DNA of 64,000 nt from an uncultured delta proteobacterium. GTDB lineage: Bacteria; Myxococcota_A; Polyangia; Polyangiales; Houyiibacteriaceae. The stretch's first letter is position 1, and each line of letters begins with the position of its first letter. Made by a program: the position numbers and the translations under genes. This document shows positions 18,500 through 28,574 of this stretch, piece after piece. Location of the stretch: NCBI GenBank assembly GCA_963712235.1, contig CAVQHC010000007.1:221144-285143 (forward strand), written 5' to 3'. The notes beneath the pieces are model-generated. The model did not search any database and was not told the origin of the DNA. It saw nothing but the letters and a program-made list of their open reading frames with translations.

Positions 18500-20473
18500 T
18501 CACGGTGCGAGAAGCATGTCGAGCGGGTTGCGCGTGACCCGATTGGAACCATCGAGGGAATTGATATCGATGCGACTCAGGTCGACGCGCGGCGAAAAGA
18601 TGGCGGCGTGAAACGAGTCGACGACCCGCTGCGGGTAGCTCGCTGCGGTTTCGTCCGCTTCAATCCCTGCTTCACTGCAACCCCAGGCCGCGCCGGTGCG
18701 TCCGAACAAGCAAATCCGCGCGCCGTCGATTTGAATGCGAAGCCCATTGCTCGATCGCTCGAAACGTGGAGACCGCATGATCGCTCGTGCGAGAGCTCGG
18801 TCGATCTCGGCGTCGCCCGACTCGACTTCGGCGGGGAGCGCCCAGCCCAATCGACGGAACAAGCCTGGGTCGGTCCCGAGAACCTCTTCGTAGAGCGAGG
18901 TCGTTTCCCGGGGATCGGGCAGCGCCTTGGCCATGACTGCGCGAACGCGTTCCCGCAGGAGCGCGTCTCCCGGTGGCAAGAGGCGGAGCGCGCGCTCTGC
19001 GTGCTGGATCGCTTCGTCGTATTCACCTTGCGTCAACGAAACCTCTGCGAGCACGGCGTCATAGTAGGGGGCGGCGCCCTGTCTCCGGTCCTCAAGGCGC
19101 ATCTCGCTGACCGCCGCCCTGACGACTCCGGGACCGAGAGCCCCGATGAGCTCGCCCAAGAGCCAAGCAGGCATGACTGCGCTCCGTGCCGTCCCAAGTG
19201 CAAAGGTGCCGACCAGCCGCACGTCGTCGTCGAGGAATCGCGCGACTTGTCGAGCGCTCATCCATGCCTGAAACCGCAGCCACAGCGCTTTGCCATACGC
19301 CCAGCAACGCGAGTGGAAGGGCTTGGCCGCGGCCCGCTCCAGGGTCATCTCCGCCAACATCAGGCGCGCTTGCCGATCGAGCAGCGCGACGATGCTCCGA
19401 TCTTGCTCCGGATCGCGGCTATTGTGCGCACGCCGGTCTGGTAGCACCGCGGCCTTGTCGGTGATGCGCAGCGCTTCATCGGGCCGTCCCATCAGGAGAA
19501 GAAACGCCGCCAGCGATCGACGTGCTTCGTTGCGATCCGAGTCGCGCACGTGGGCCGGTCGGGCGGTACGGTGGCGAGGGACCTCACGGAGCGCAGACAA
19601 GGCTTCGGCGAAGCGCCCGGCTCTCATATACAGATCGGCTAGCTCGAGCCAGGGATTCCCGTACCAGGATAGCCCCCCCTTCGATGCATCCATCAAGAGG
19701 CGCTCCGCCTCGTCGAAGCGGAATACCGACCTGGCCGCCTCTGCGAAGTTCCCGAGGTCGACCGCCGTCGCGCTCCCGAAATGCGTGCGCCCGTACTCCA
19801 CCGCGTCGGCGCAGACCTCGTAGGCCTTCTCGTCGTCGCCAGCCTCGTACTCGATGGCACACAGCGCGTTCTTTGCGCGCTCGACTTGATACGGATCTCC
19901 GGTGGCCAGTCCATCTTCCGCTGCGAGTCTCGCCTTTTCGAAGTCTCGCTTCTTCATCAAGGGCCAGGCGAGCTCGGCCTTGAGCTGCGGCGTATAGAGC
20001 TCGTTGTACCGGTACATGTAGCCAAGCTGCTCGTCGTAGTGCTCGAGGTCCCCGTGGGCCCGCGTCAGCGCGACCAAGATCCTCGCGTGCCATCTCCAGG
20101 GCTGACTGGGCGTCGGCTGTACGCCTTCGGACGCCTCGAAAAGATCGAGGGCGCGGGCTTCGTGAAAAAGCGCTCTGGGGAAATTCGCCTCACCGTAGTG
20201 CTGCGCCATGCCGAGAACGAGATGTGCAACGTAAGAGCTCGGATGCTCTAGCAAATACTTCTCAGCTTCCTCGCGAGCTCTCACGTAGCGCTCGCGTTCG
20301 ATGAGCTCCCACAGACCGAGCTCTTCGACCTCGGCCTCTTCCCCTTCGAGCAGCAACGGCGCGATCATGTCGTCCGCGACCGCCCCAGACGGCGGGCAGA
20401 CCGCGAAGCATACCGCCGACAGCACGGCTGCCAGCACCACTTGCACGATGCGCGCTGATTCGGTGGGGGGCAT
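18500..20473 (-). CDS. secreted helical-repeat (TPR-like) protein, last gene of the MoxR operon
   Basis: Start chosen at MPPTESARIVQVVLAAVLSAV (signal-like), 2 nt after the moxR stop. Long alpha-helical repeat-like sequence. Confidence 0.55.
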   Translation of the reverse strand: MPPTESARIVQVVLAAVLSAVCFAVCPPSGAVADDMIAPLLLEGEEAEVEELGLWELIERERYVRAREEAEKYLLEHPSSYVAHLVLGMAQHYGEANFPRALFHEARALDLFEASEGVQPTPSQPWRWHARILVALTRAHGDLEHYDEQLGYMYRYNELYTPQLKAELAWPLMKKRDFEKARLAAEDGLATGDPYQVERAKNALCAIEYEAGDDEKAYEVCADAVEYGRTHFGSATAVDLGNFAEAARSVFRFDEAERLLMDASKGGLSWYGNPWLELADLYMRAGRFAEALSALREVPRHRTARPAHVRDSDRNEARRSLAAFLLLMGRPDEALRITDKAAVLPDRRAHNSRDPEQDRSIVALLDRQARLMLAEMTLERAAAKPFHSRCWAYGKALWLRFQAWMSARQVARFLDDDVRLVGTFALGTARSAVMPAWLLGELIGALGPGVVRAAVSEMRLEDRRQGAAPYYDAVLAEVSLTQGEYDEAIQHAERALRLLPPGDALLRERVRAVMAKALPDPRETTSLYEEVLGTDPGLFRRLGWALPAEVESGDAEIDRALARAIMRSPRFERSSNGLRIQIDGARICLFGRTGAAWGCSEAGIEADETAASYPQRVVDSFHAAIFSPRVDLSRIDINSLDGSNRVTRNPLDMLLAP

Positions 20474-20475
20474 CG

Positions 20476-21489
20476 TTACCCGCGACGCAGGCTTGCCCGC
20501 GCGAGCTTCTCGATCTCGACGCCGGTCGCCTCTTTGATGAGCGCGTCCACATCTTCCACGCCCGGCGCGCACTCGAGTCGGTGTTTGAATACGTATGGCG
20601 CTAACGCCGCGATGTCTTCGGGGGAGACGAAATCTCTTCCGTGGATGACTGCACGAGCCTGAAGCGCGGGCAGCATCAAGACCAGCGCTCGGGTCGAGGC
20701 CCCCTGAAGGACGCGGGAATCGCTCCGAAGCAAACGCGCCAGGTCGACCAGGGCTTCCTTCACGACGGGGGCGACGTGAACTGCGCCGCGGGTCTGGCGT
20801 CGCGCGGCCAGAATTTCTTCACGGGTCACGCCTGGATGGTCGCGGGCGACCTCGAGGCTCGCCCGTGGATACTGGTCCAGGACCTCGAGCTCCGAGGCGC
20901 GATCGATGTGCTTCATCTCGATCTTGAAGAGGAAGCGGTCGAGCTGCGGCGTTGGAAGCGGATAGGTGCCCGCCAAGTCGAGCGGGTTCTGGGTTGCGAT
21001 GACGAAAAACAAGTCGTCGAGCAAGTAGGACTGGTTGTCGACCGTCACTTGTTTCTCGGCCATCGCTTCGAGCATGGCCGCCTGCACCTTTGGGGAGGTG
21101 CGGTTGATCTCGTCGGCGAGTACGATGTGCGCGAACACCGGGCCGCGCCGAAATGCGAAGTGACTCGTTTCCACGTCGAAGATGTTCGTGCCCGTGATGT
21201 CGCTTGGAAGCAGGTCCGGTGTGAACTGGATGCGGCGGAACGCGGCAATGCCGGCGGTCCCGTCTCCTTCTTCGAGCGCATTGCCAAGCGCGCGGGCAAG
21301 CGTCGTCTTCCCCGAGCCCGGATAGTCTTCGAGAAGCACATGGCCGTCGGAAAGCAGCGCGACGAGCACGAGCTCGACCACCTCGTCTCGACCTCGAACG
21401 GCCGCTCTCAGGCGGGCGCCCAGGCGCTCCGCGACCTCGCGTGCGCCACTGAGGCTGTCGTCGATGGCTGTTTGAATCGCTTGCTGCAT
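20476..21489 (-). CDS. MoxR-family AAA+ ATPase
   Basis: YPGSGKTTLARAL Walker A, VLADEINR Walker B, and MoxR-type length (337 aa). Confidence 0.9.
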   Translation of the reverse strand: MQQAIQTAIDDSLSGAREVAERLGARLRAAVRGRDEVVELVLVALLSDGHVLLEDYPGSGKTTLARALGNALEEGDGTAGIAAFRRIQFTPDLLPSDITGTNIFDVETSHFAFRRGPVFAHIVLADEINRTSPKVQAAMLEAMAEKQVTVDNQSYLLDDLFFVIATQNPLDLAGTYPLPTPQLDRFLFKIEMKHIDRASELEVLDQYPRASLEVARDHPGVTREEILAARRQTRGAVHVAPVVKEALVDLARLLRSDSRVLQGASTRALVLMLPALQARAVIHGRDFVSPEDIAALAPYVFKHRLECAPGVEDVDALIKEATGVEIEKLARASLRRG

Positions 21490-21522
21490 CTCAGCTCCGG
21501 GCTCTTTCTGGGAAGGATGGCA

Positions 21523-23700
21523 TCATTTTGACCGTAACCAAGACCAGGGCGTGAGGAGCCCCAAAAACCGCTTCCAAAGCGGGAATCCACTGCGAATTTC
21601 GCGTCGTACCTCGGATGCCTGATCGCGCAGCCTGCCCGGATCGGGCTGGTGCCCACCGAACGCAGCTGCAAGGTGCGCGTTGGTCAAGGGCTCGAACGCA
21701 GGGAATCGGTCGCGCACACGTCGCGCGAAAGCCTCTCTCGACTCGCCCGAACCTCTGCGAACCTCGAGCTCGCCCATGCGATCGAGCTCGGCGCGATAGA
21801 TCACCCTGGGAAGCGAAGCGGCCGGCGCCAAGGCTGGAGCCATTCGGCGCCAGAGCTTCACCAAATAGAGCAGTAGCAGCACGAAGGCACAGAGCGCCAA
21901 GATCCAGGTTCCGAACGTCAAAGAGATGCGACGGGCCAACTCTTTGAGCTTGGGCAAGTCGGTCGCGGAAAGTGGAATCGGAGACGCGCCGCGGGCAAGC
22001 TCTCCGAGGAGCCTCTGCAAGTCGGCATCCATCGGCTGCTCAGGCGGATCGAGCGCCCGCTCTGGATACACATCCAAGACCACCCAGCCGAAGCCATCGA
22101 GGAACACCTCCGGCCAGGCATGGGACGCAGAGCCGGACAGGAGCAACGAGGAGCCGCCCTGGCGCGCTGATTCGCTCACTGCATAGCCGGTGGCCACCCG
22201 GGCGGGCACCCCGAGGCTTCGCATCAGGTACGTCGCCGCGTGGGCGAAGTGCACGCAGTAACCCGTTCGATCGCCGAACAAAAAGCTCGCGGTGGGATCC
22301 TCGGCTCCACTGTGCTGGTTTTTGAGGCTGTAGATGCCTTCGCGCCCGAGCCAGCCGGTCACCGCAAAGGCATTCGCAACCGGATTCTTTGCCAGCCTCG
22401 CCGGCAGCTCGGCGCTTAGCTCGGCCGCAAGCTCGATGTAGCGCGGATCGGGCGGTGTCTCGGTGTAGTGCGCCCACTGCTCTTTGGACCAGTCGGATGA
22501 CCCCGGGCTTGCGTCGAGCATGGACGTATAGTCGGCCGTGAGCACGGCGGACATCGCGCGGTACACGCGACGAAATCGATTCGGTGAAGGGTTTTGCATC
22601 GGCTCGACCTCGATCGGCGACTCGAGGGCAAACGGCTGGGTATGGTCGGCCATCAGGGCGATCGTCGTCTCTAGGGGTCCGCGATTCTCATTGACCTCGG
22701 GTGCGTTCGCGATCTCCGAAAGCCGCGCCGGGAAATACGGGATGAGATCATTGTCGATGTCTTTTCGCCCGGAGACCACCAGCTTTCGCCCGTTGTACTG
22801 ACTGAACGCGCCCTGTCGGAAATAGTAGACCCCGCTCGGCGGCGAGTAGTCGTCGTGGAAGAGAACGACCGCCACTGGAACGCGGGCCCCGCCGGGGTTG
22901 TACTTGTCCCGAAACTCGAGCTCGCTGGCGGAAGCCCCGCCTCGCTCCTGCTGTTGACCTTTGCCTTCCTTGGCTTCGGACTCCTCGGGACGAAGACCGA
23001 GCCCACCTCCTCCATCGGGCGGAGGCGGCATTCCGACCAGAGGTGTGGCCACGACAATCAACGCGAGCAAAAGCCCGATCATACCCAGATTGAGAACCGC
23101 GCGGCCGAATCGCTGCTCGCGAAGCAAAAGCACGAGGCCCAAGACCGTCGCCGTCCCGCCCATGAACAGAAAGAGCCAGGTCGGGTCCCAGCCGAGGGCG
23201 ATGATCCAGTCGGCCAAATAGAACGGTCGGTTGATCGCGCCGTGTCGATGCGCGACGAAGAGCTGCCCAAACGCAACGGCAACGAGCAGCAACTCGAACA
23301 CCGAAAAGATCGCCCGACGCGTGGAACTCGCCCGCGTCGCCGCGCTGCCGATCGCAGCGACCAAGAGCGCCGTGAGCATGCTCGCCAGCCGAAGCGCGCC
23401 AACTGGGCCGAAAGAGGCTGCCAAGAACGAGCCGTGTGTGAGCGAAGCGCGAAACCATGCCACCAAGGCGATCAGAAACACCGCTCCTGCGAAGATCGCC
23501 GAGGTACGGATTCGCGACTGCCCGAGTTGGGAGCCCACGAGGCTGCCACCAAAGCCTCCTGCAAACGCGACGAGCACCGAGCTCGGCGGAGCCATCGTCG
23601 AGACCAAGACCGCCCAGGCGAGGCCGTGAATCATGGCCCGACCGACCTCGGCCAACGCCATCGCAACTCCGCTTGCTTCTGGATGGGCGTCTGCCGTCAT
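21523..23700 (-). CDS. transglutaminase-like domain membrane protein
   Basis: N-terminal polytopic region. TGase core GYCVHFAHA ... HAWPEV ... D, then a C-terminal TM segment. The start at 23700 overlaps the DUF58 stop (ATGA). Confidence 0.8.
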   Translation of the reverse strand: MTADAHPEASGVAMALAEVGRAMIHGLAWAVLVSTMAPPSSVLVAFAGGFGGSLVGSQLGQSRIRTSAIFAGAVFLIALVAWFRASLTHGSFLAASFGPVGALRLASMLTALLVAAIGSAATRASSTRRAIFSVFELLLVAVAFGQLFVAHRHGAINRPFYLADWIIALGWDPTWLFLFMGGTATVLGLVLLLREQRFGRAVLNLGMIGLLLALIVVATPLVGMPPPPDGGGGLGLRPEESEAKEGKGQQQERGGASASELEFRDKYNPGGARVPVAVVLFHDDYSPPSGVYYFRQGAFSQYNGRKLVVSGRKDIDNDLIPYFPARLSEIANAPEVNENRGPLETTIALMADHTQPFALESPIEVEPMQNPSPNRFRRVYRAMSAVLTADYTSMLDASPGSSDWSKEQWAHYTETPPDPRYIELAAELSAELPARLAKNPVANAFAVTGWLGREGIYSLKNQHSGAEDPTASFLFGDRTGYCVHFAHAATYLMRSLGVPARVATGYAVSESARQGGSSLLLSGSASHAWPEVFLDGFGWVVLDVYPERALDPPEQPMDADLQRLLGELARGASPIPLSATDLPKLKELARRISLTFGTWILALCAFVLLLLYLVKLWRRMAPALAPAASLPRVIYRAELDRMGELEVRRGSGESREAFARRVRDRFPAFEPLTNAHLAAAFGGHQPDPGRLRDQASEVRREIRSGFPLWKRFLGLLTPWSWLRSK

Positions 23701-24713
23701 GCAGCGTTTCTCCAGGGAGAGCTGAGATGCGTCCCGTCTCCGATCAAGCGACCACTGACGCGGTCGATGATGACGACCTCGCATCGAAGCTGACCAAGCG
23801 CCCGTCCGACTCTCTCGAGGTCCGTGCGGTCGACGCCCGATGCCTGCGCGGGCTTGAGCAAGAGGCGACGCCAACCCGGCTGAGGATCCGGATCGTGAAC
23901 GGCGTCGACCGCGATGACCACGCGCACGCGGCCGTAGCGTCGCATGGTCAGCGAGCGCATCTCATCGAGCCAGGAACCCATGGTCGGAGGCGCAAACACC
24001 ACGAGGGCCGCGGGGCCGCGAGGGTCGACCTCTGCCAAGAAGCGCTTCATGCCGCTACCGCTCTCGACCGCATGTCGTGAGGAGGTCATCAGCTTGTGCA
24101 GGGCCTCAGTGCGATCGGAGGTGGCCTCGGGCGAGCCATCGGCTCCAAACTGCCATTCGCTGCCGAGCGCCTCTTCTTCGATGGCCGCCCGCGCCGCTGC
24201 TGCGGCGGCTTCGTCGTGCGCATCGGCGACGAGGTAGGCGACCGTCCTTCGAGCGCGGCTCAAGGCCCGCTCCGGAACACGCACCATCAGCTTCCTGGTG
24301 CGGCCGAACACCTTCCAATGAATGAAACGCGCCGAATCGCCGGGGACATACCTTCGAAGCTCGACTCGGTCGCCGTCCTCGAGCCCCATCGGATGCGGAA
24401 ACTCCTCGCCGCCCGTGAGCGAGGTCAGGACCGGAAGGCGCCGGATGCCGCCGAGATGGGGAAGCACCTGGATCGGCCCGAGCTGACGATGCGTCAACAC
24501 GACCCGCGCCAGGCCGAAGGCATCTTGAATCACCAATCGACGCGTGATCGATTCGAAGATGCCGCGCTGACCAAGGATTACTCTCTCTTTGAGACGCCCG
24601 GCTTCGGATGAAGGCTCGACCGGCAGCGCGTCCGGCGTCTGCCAGGACCAACGCAACTGCACCAAGGGCAACCACCACATCGACGGCAGCGAGAATCCGG
24701 TCAGCAAAGGCAT
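23697..24713 (-). CDS. DUF58 domain protein (vWA-like), possibly N-terminally truncated by a frameshift
   Basis: ELRRYVPGDSARFIHWKVFGRTRKLMVR signature of DUF58. Lies next to the MoxR and transglutaminase genes, as usual for the family. Confidence 0.75.
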   Translation of the reverse strand: MPLLTGFSLPSMWWLPLVQLRWSWQTPDALPVEPSSEAGRLKERVILGQRGIFESITRRLVIQDAFGLARVVLTHRQLGPIQVLPHLGGIRRLPVLTSLTGGEEFPHPMGLEDGDRVELRRYVPGDSARFIHWKVFGRTRKLMVRVPERALSRARRTVAYLVADAHDEAAAAAARAAIEEEALGSEWQFGADGSPEATSDRTEALHKLMTSSRHAVESGSGMKRFLAEVDPRGPAALVVFAPPTMGSWLDEMRSLTMRRYGRVRVVIAVDAVHDPDPQPGWRRLLLKPAQASGVDRTDLERVGRALGQLRCEVVIIDRVSGRLIGDGTHLSSPWRNAA

Positions 24714-24729
24714 CCCCGTCTCGAAGGTC

Positions 24730-25059
24730 GACGTGCGCCATGAAAACGATGCACGTCTGAGCCAAATCCAGAGCCCAAGCGCGCTGCGACACGACGAGCG
24801 AGGTAGAGATCAGCAGAAGCCCGGCGCCGCCATAGCCGAGGACCAGGAGGACCAGGTCGAGCCTCTTGAAGCCGAAGCTGACCAGGGCCACCGACGCGAC
24901 GAGGGCGACCGCCAGTCCCAGCCATGTGAGCGGCCAAAAATCCGCCACCCGGTGCGCGACACTGCGGATGCGCGTCATCGGTGGCGCTTTCGGCCGGGAA
25001 ACTGCCTGCAACGGACTCATGAGGGTGATCGTGCCACGGGAGTCTTCAAGCTCAACCAT
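24730..25059 (-). other. ORF segment encoding two or three TM helices: either the displaced N-terminus of the DUF58 protein or a separate small membrane protein
   Basis: The ORF 24106-25059 makes sense only in its first ~110 codons (FWPLTWLGLAVALVASVALV, LLVLGYGGAGLLLISTSLVV). It then overlaps the DUF58 frame. Confidence 0.35.
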
Positions 25060-25176
25060 TGGAATAAGGCCCCGGCCATCCCTGTTGGGGTCCCGGGAGG
25101 TCCCTTGACAGGCTTAGAGCCAGAGGTAACCTCCGCCAGCCCTGGAAAAAGCAACGGATCACGCGCGAGGGAGTTT

Positions 25177-26145
25177 ATGAGCGATGTGATGATCGATGCG
25201 CGGGACTTGACCAAGCAGTACGGTACGGTCGCCGCGCTACGGAACGCCAGTTTTCAAGTGAATCGCGGAGAGGTCGTCGGCTTCCTTGGACCCAATGGAG
25301 CCGGGAAGACCACCACGATGAAGATCCTGACCTGCTTCATCGCGCCCTCCGGAGGGACCGCCCAGGTTGGCGGCGTCGACATCTTCGAGGACCCCCTCGC
25401 GGTCCGCGAGCTCATCGGCTATCTGCCCGAGAGCACCCCGCTCTACACCGAGATGTTGGTGCTCGAGTATTTGCAGTTTGTCGGCAGGATGCGCGGGCTT
25501 CGCGGTGCGGGTCTCGAGGCGAGGCTCCGCCAGGTCGTCGAGGAAACCAGCCTCGGCGAGGTCATCGGCAAGAGCATCGGCGAGCTTTCGAAGGGCTTTC
25601 GCCAGCGTGTTGGTCTTGCCCAGGCGCTCATCCACGAGCCTCCTGTGCTCATCCTCGATGAGCCGATGAGCGGCCTCGACCCAAACCAGGCCTCCGAGAT
25701 TCGTGAGCTCATTCGGGATATCGGTCGCGAGCGCACCGTCATTCTATCGACACACAACCTCGCAGAGGTACGGCTGACCTGCGGGCGCGTCCTGATCATC
25801 TCGCAGGGCCAACTCGTCGCCGACGACACGCCCGACGAGCTCGCCGCGCGCGCCGGGAAGCCGCGGTTCATCGCGACGGTGAAGCAGAACGGCCACAGCT
25901 CCAGCGAAATCCGCGACGTGTTTTCGGTCATCGGCGACGCGCATAGTGTGAAAGAGCAATCGGGCGGAGCGCCTGGAGAGCTGCGGGTCGAAGTCGTCCC
26001 CAAGGGCAACCAAGACCTGCGCGCCGAAATCTTCCAGGCGGCGGTGTCCGCCAAGCTCGTTCTGCTGGGCCTCGAGCAGCGCGGCGAAAACCTCGAAGAC
26101 ATCTTTCGACAGCTCACTACGGGCAACGGAGGAGCCTCATCATGA
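25177..26145 (+). CDS. ABC transporter ATP-binding protein (GldA/ABC-2 type)
   Basis: GPNGAGKTT Walker A, LSKGFRQRV signature and ILDEP Walker B. ATG at 25177 after GAGGGAG. Confidence 0.9.
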   Translation: MSDVMIDARDLTKQYGTVAALRNASFQVNRGEVVGFLGPNGAGKTTTMKILTCFIAPSGGTAQVGGVDIFEDPLAVRELIGYLPESTPLYTEMLVLEYLQFVGRMRGLRGAGLEARLRQVVEETSLGEVIGKSIGELSKGFRQRVGLAQALIHEPPVLILDEPMSGLDPNQASEIRELIRDIGRERTVILSTHNLAEVRLTCGRVLIISQGQLVADDTPDELAARAGKPRFIATVKQNGHSSSEIRDVFSVIGDAHSVKEQSGGAPGELRVEVVPKGNQDLRAEIFQAAVSAKLVLLGLEQRGENLEDIFRQLTTGNGGASS

Positions 26146-26852
26146 GACCGGTTCTCACCATCGCTGGACGCCAGTTTCGAAGTTACTTCAACGGCCCGGT
26201 AGCCTACATCGTCATTTGCATCATCCTGTTGACGCTCGGGTTCTTCTTTTGGAAGACGTTCTTTTTATTCGGCCGCGCGAGCGCTCGAGAGATGTTTCGT
26301 TGGCTCGGCTTGATCCTCGTCTTCTCACTCCCTGCCCTCACGATGGGTCTGCTCGCCGAGGAGAAGCGAACCGGCACGATCGAGCTTCTCATCACCATGC
26401 CCGTGACCGAGGCGCAGGTGATCGTCGGAAAGTTCCTCGGCGTTTTGGGCCTCTATGCGGTCCTCCTCGCCCTGACCATTAGCTACCCGCTCAGCATCTC
26501 CACCCTTGGCGACCTCGACTGGGGCCCAGTTTGGAGCGGCTACCTCGGCTTGTTGCTGCAGGGGTCGGCAGTGCTTGCCATCGGTTTGATGGCATCGAGT
26601 TGGACGAGCAATCAGCTCATCGCGCTCTTCGTCGCGCTGACCCTGAGTGTCTTCTTTTGGGTGCTCGACAAGTTTTTGGCGCTGCTCCCGACGAACGCTG
26701 CATCGGCCTTGCAGTGGCTTTCGTTCGACTATCATTTTCAGAGCATGGCACGCGGTGTGATCGACCTGCGTGATGTGCTCTTCTTCGTTTCCGTGGTCGT
26801 ATTCGCGCTTGCCGTCGCGTTTCGGGCACTGGAATCACGGCGGTGGAGCTGA
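26142..26852 (+). CDS. ABC-2 type transporter permease (GldF-like)
   Basis: 236-aa six-TM ORF overlapping the ATPase stop by 4 nt. Confidence 0.8.
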   Translation: MRPVLTIAGRQFRSYFNGPVAYIVICIILLTLGFFFWKTFFLFGRASAREMFRWLGLILVFSLPALTMGLLAEEKRTGTIELLITMPVTEAQVIVGKFLGVLGLYAVLLALTISYPLSISTLGDLDWGPVWSGYLGLLLQGSAVLAIGLMASSWTSNQLIALFVALTLSVFFWVLDKFLALLPTNAASALQWLSFDYHFQSMARGVIDLRDVLFFVSVVVFALAVAFRALESRRWS

Positions 26853-26855
26853 ACG

Positions 26856-28565
26856 ATGTCGTCGAACGTTCAAAAACGCGCCGCTAGCGAATCGCTGATT
26901 TTTCTTTTGATCGTGGGCGGCATTCTGATTCTGCTCAACGTGCTTGCCGCATACTTTCGGTCGCCCCGAATCGACCTCACCCAAAACCGGCTCTTCTCCT
27001 TGGCCGAGGGCTCCACGCGGCTCGCTTCGAACCTGGACGACCGCCTCGAGGTCACGGCCTACTTCACCGAGAACCTTCCCCCTCCGTTTAACGCCACCGA
27101 ACGTCAGGTGCGGGACTTGCTCGCGGAATACTCGGCGGCATCGAACGGCCAAATCATCGTTCGCTTCGTCAATCCAGACGACGAGGCTAAGCAGGAGGCC
27201 GCGCGCGCCGACGGCGTACAGCGGGTCGCACATCAGAAAATCGAAGAGGACCAGGTCGCCGTGGTCGAAGGCTACCGCGGCATGGTGCTCCGCTATCTCG
27301 ATCAGACTCGGACGATTCCGGTCATTCAGGACACCACTGGGCTCGAATACATGATCACCTCGGCGATCAAGGAGCTGGTCGGCGAGCGCAAGCCGATCGG
27401 GGTCGTCGGCGGCCACGGCGGACCGAGCCTCGAGCAGGGGCTCACGAGCCTGAGCTCCGTCCTCTCGCTCTACGAAGTCCGCGAAGTCGACATTACTCAA
27501 GAAATCGACCCTGCGCTTGCTGCACTCTTGATCGTCGGGCCTCAAGAGCCGTTCAGCGACCAGGAGCTGAGGCGCATCGATCAATTCGTGGTGCGTGGTG
27601 GCTCGCTTGGTGTCTTCGGAGGCGCGATCGCAGTCGACCTCGGTGGTCAGGGTGGCCCCTCAGCCCGAACGCTGAGCCTGCGGCTAGATGGCCTGCTGGG
27701 CGCTTGGGGTGTTCGGCTGAGCTCGAAGCTCGTGGCCGATGCGCAGTGCAGCCGCGCGCCGATGGCGGGGCCGCTCGGTTTGCAGGTGCTCGTGCCGTAC
27801 CCGCCTATCCCGGTGCTTCAACTCCAAGAAGCTCAGCGGGAGCACCCCGTCATGTTTCGACTCGCCTCGCCCATGCTGCCGTTCGTCGCACCTCTCGAGC
27901 TTGGAGAAGCGCCCGCGAACTCCACCCTCACGGTGCTCGCGAGCTCATCCAAAGATTCCTGGACGATGTCCGGGGAAACGATTTCGCTCGCGCCACGAAA
28001 TCCAAGAGACTGGCAGATGAGCGAGGACGCCGGCCCGTTCGACCTCATGGTCGCGGTAGAGGGCAAGTTGCCTTCGGCGTTCGCGGCCCCGATCAACGAA
28101 GACGATGCCAACGACATTCCTGTCCCGCCGCTTGCGGAAAAGGATGTGCGGGTCCTGGTCGTCGGCACTGGAACGTTTCTCGAGGACGCGTTCATGCCAC
28201 CGCGGCCGCAGCAGGGCGACGTACAGATGAACGCGGCGCTGGCGTTGGCGCTGAACGCGATCGATTGGCTGGCGGCCGATTCGGATTTGATCGCGATTCG
28301 AGCCAAGACGACTGAAGAGCCCGCGCTCGACATTCCCGATTCCGTCCTCGTGTCGGAAAGCACTGCGCTTGCGGCCGCTGAGCAGGGCGACGAAAGTGGG
28401 GTCGAGTCGGCACTCGCAGAGCGCAGGGCCGCGATCGAGTCCTGGGATGCCAAGAAGCTCGGCTATCGGTGGATCAACACAATCGGAATTCCGTTTCTGG
28501 TTGCTCTTTTCGGGCTCTTGCGCTGGCGGCAACGCTTGAACAAGAAGAAGACACTCAAACTCTAA
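26856..28565 (+). CDS. GldG-like ABC transporter auxiliary component
   Basis: 569 aa with N- and C-terminal TM anchors and a large periplasmic domain. Sits in the position and order typical of GldA/F/G-type loci. Confidence 0.7.
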   Translation: MSSNVQKRAASESLIFLLIVGGILILLNVLAAYFRSPRIDLTQNRLFSLAEGSTRLASNLDDRLEVTAYFTENLPPPFNATERQVRDLLAEYSAASNGQIIVRFVNPDDEAKQEAARADGVQRVAHQKIEEDQVAVVEGYRGMVLRYLDQTRTIPVIQDTTGLEYMITSAIKELVGERKPIGVVGGHGGPSLEQGLTSLSSVLSLYEVREVDITQEIDPALAALLIVGPQEPFSDQELRRIDQFVVRGGSLGVFGGAIAVDLGGQGGPSARTLSLRLDGLLGAWGVRLSSKLVADAQCSRAPMAGPLGLQVLVPYPPIPVLQLQEAQREHPVMFRLASPMLPFVAPLELGEAPANSTLTVLASSSKDSWTMSGETISLAPRNPRDWQMSEDAGPFDLMVAVEGKLPSAFAAPINEDDANDIPVPPLAEKDVRVLVVGTGTFLEDAFMPPRPQQGDVQMNAALALALNAIDWLAADSDLIAIRAKTTEEPALDIPDSVLVSESTALAAAEQGDESGVESALAERRAAIESWDAKKLGYRWINTIGIPFLVALFGLLRWRQRLNKKKTLKL

Positions 28566-28574
28566 GCAGGGGGA

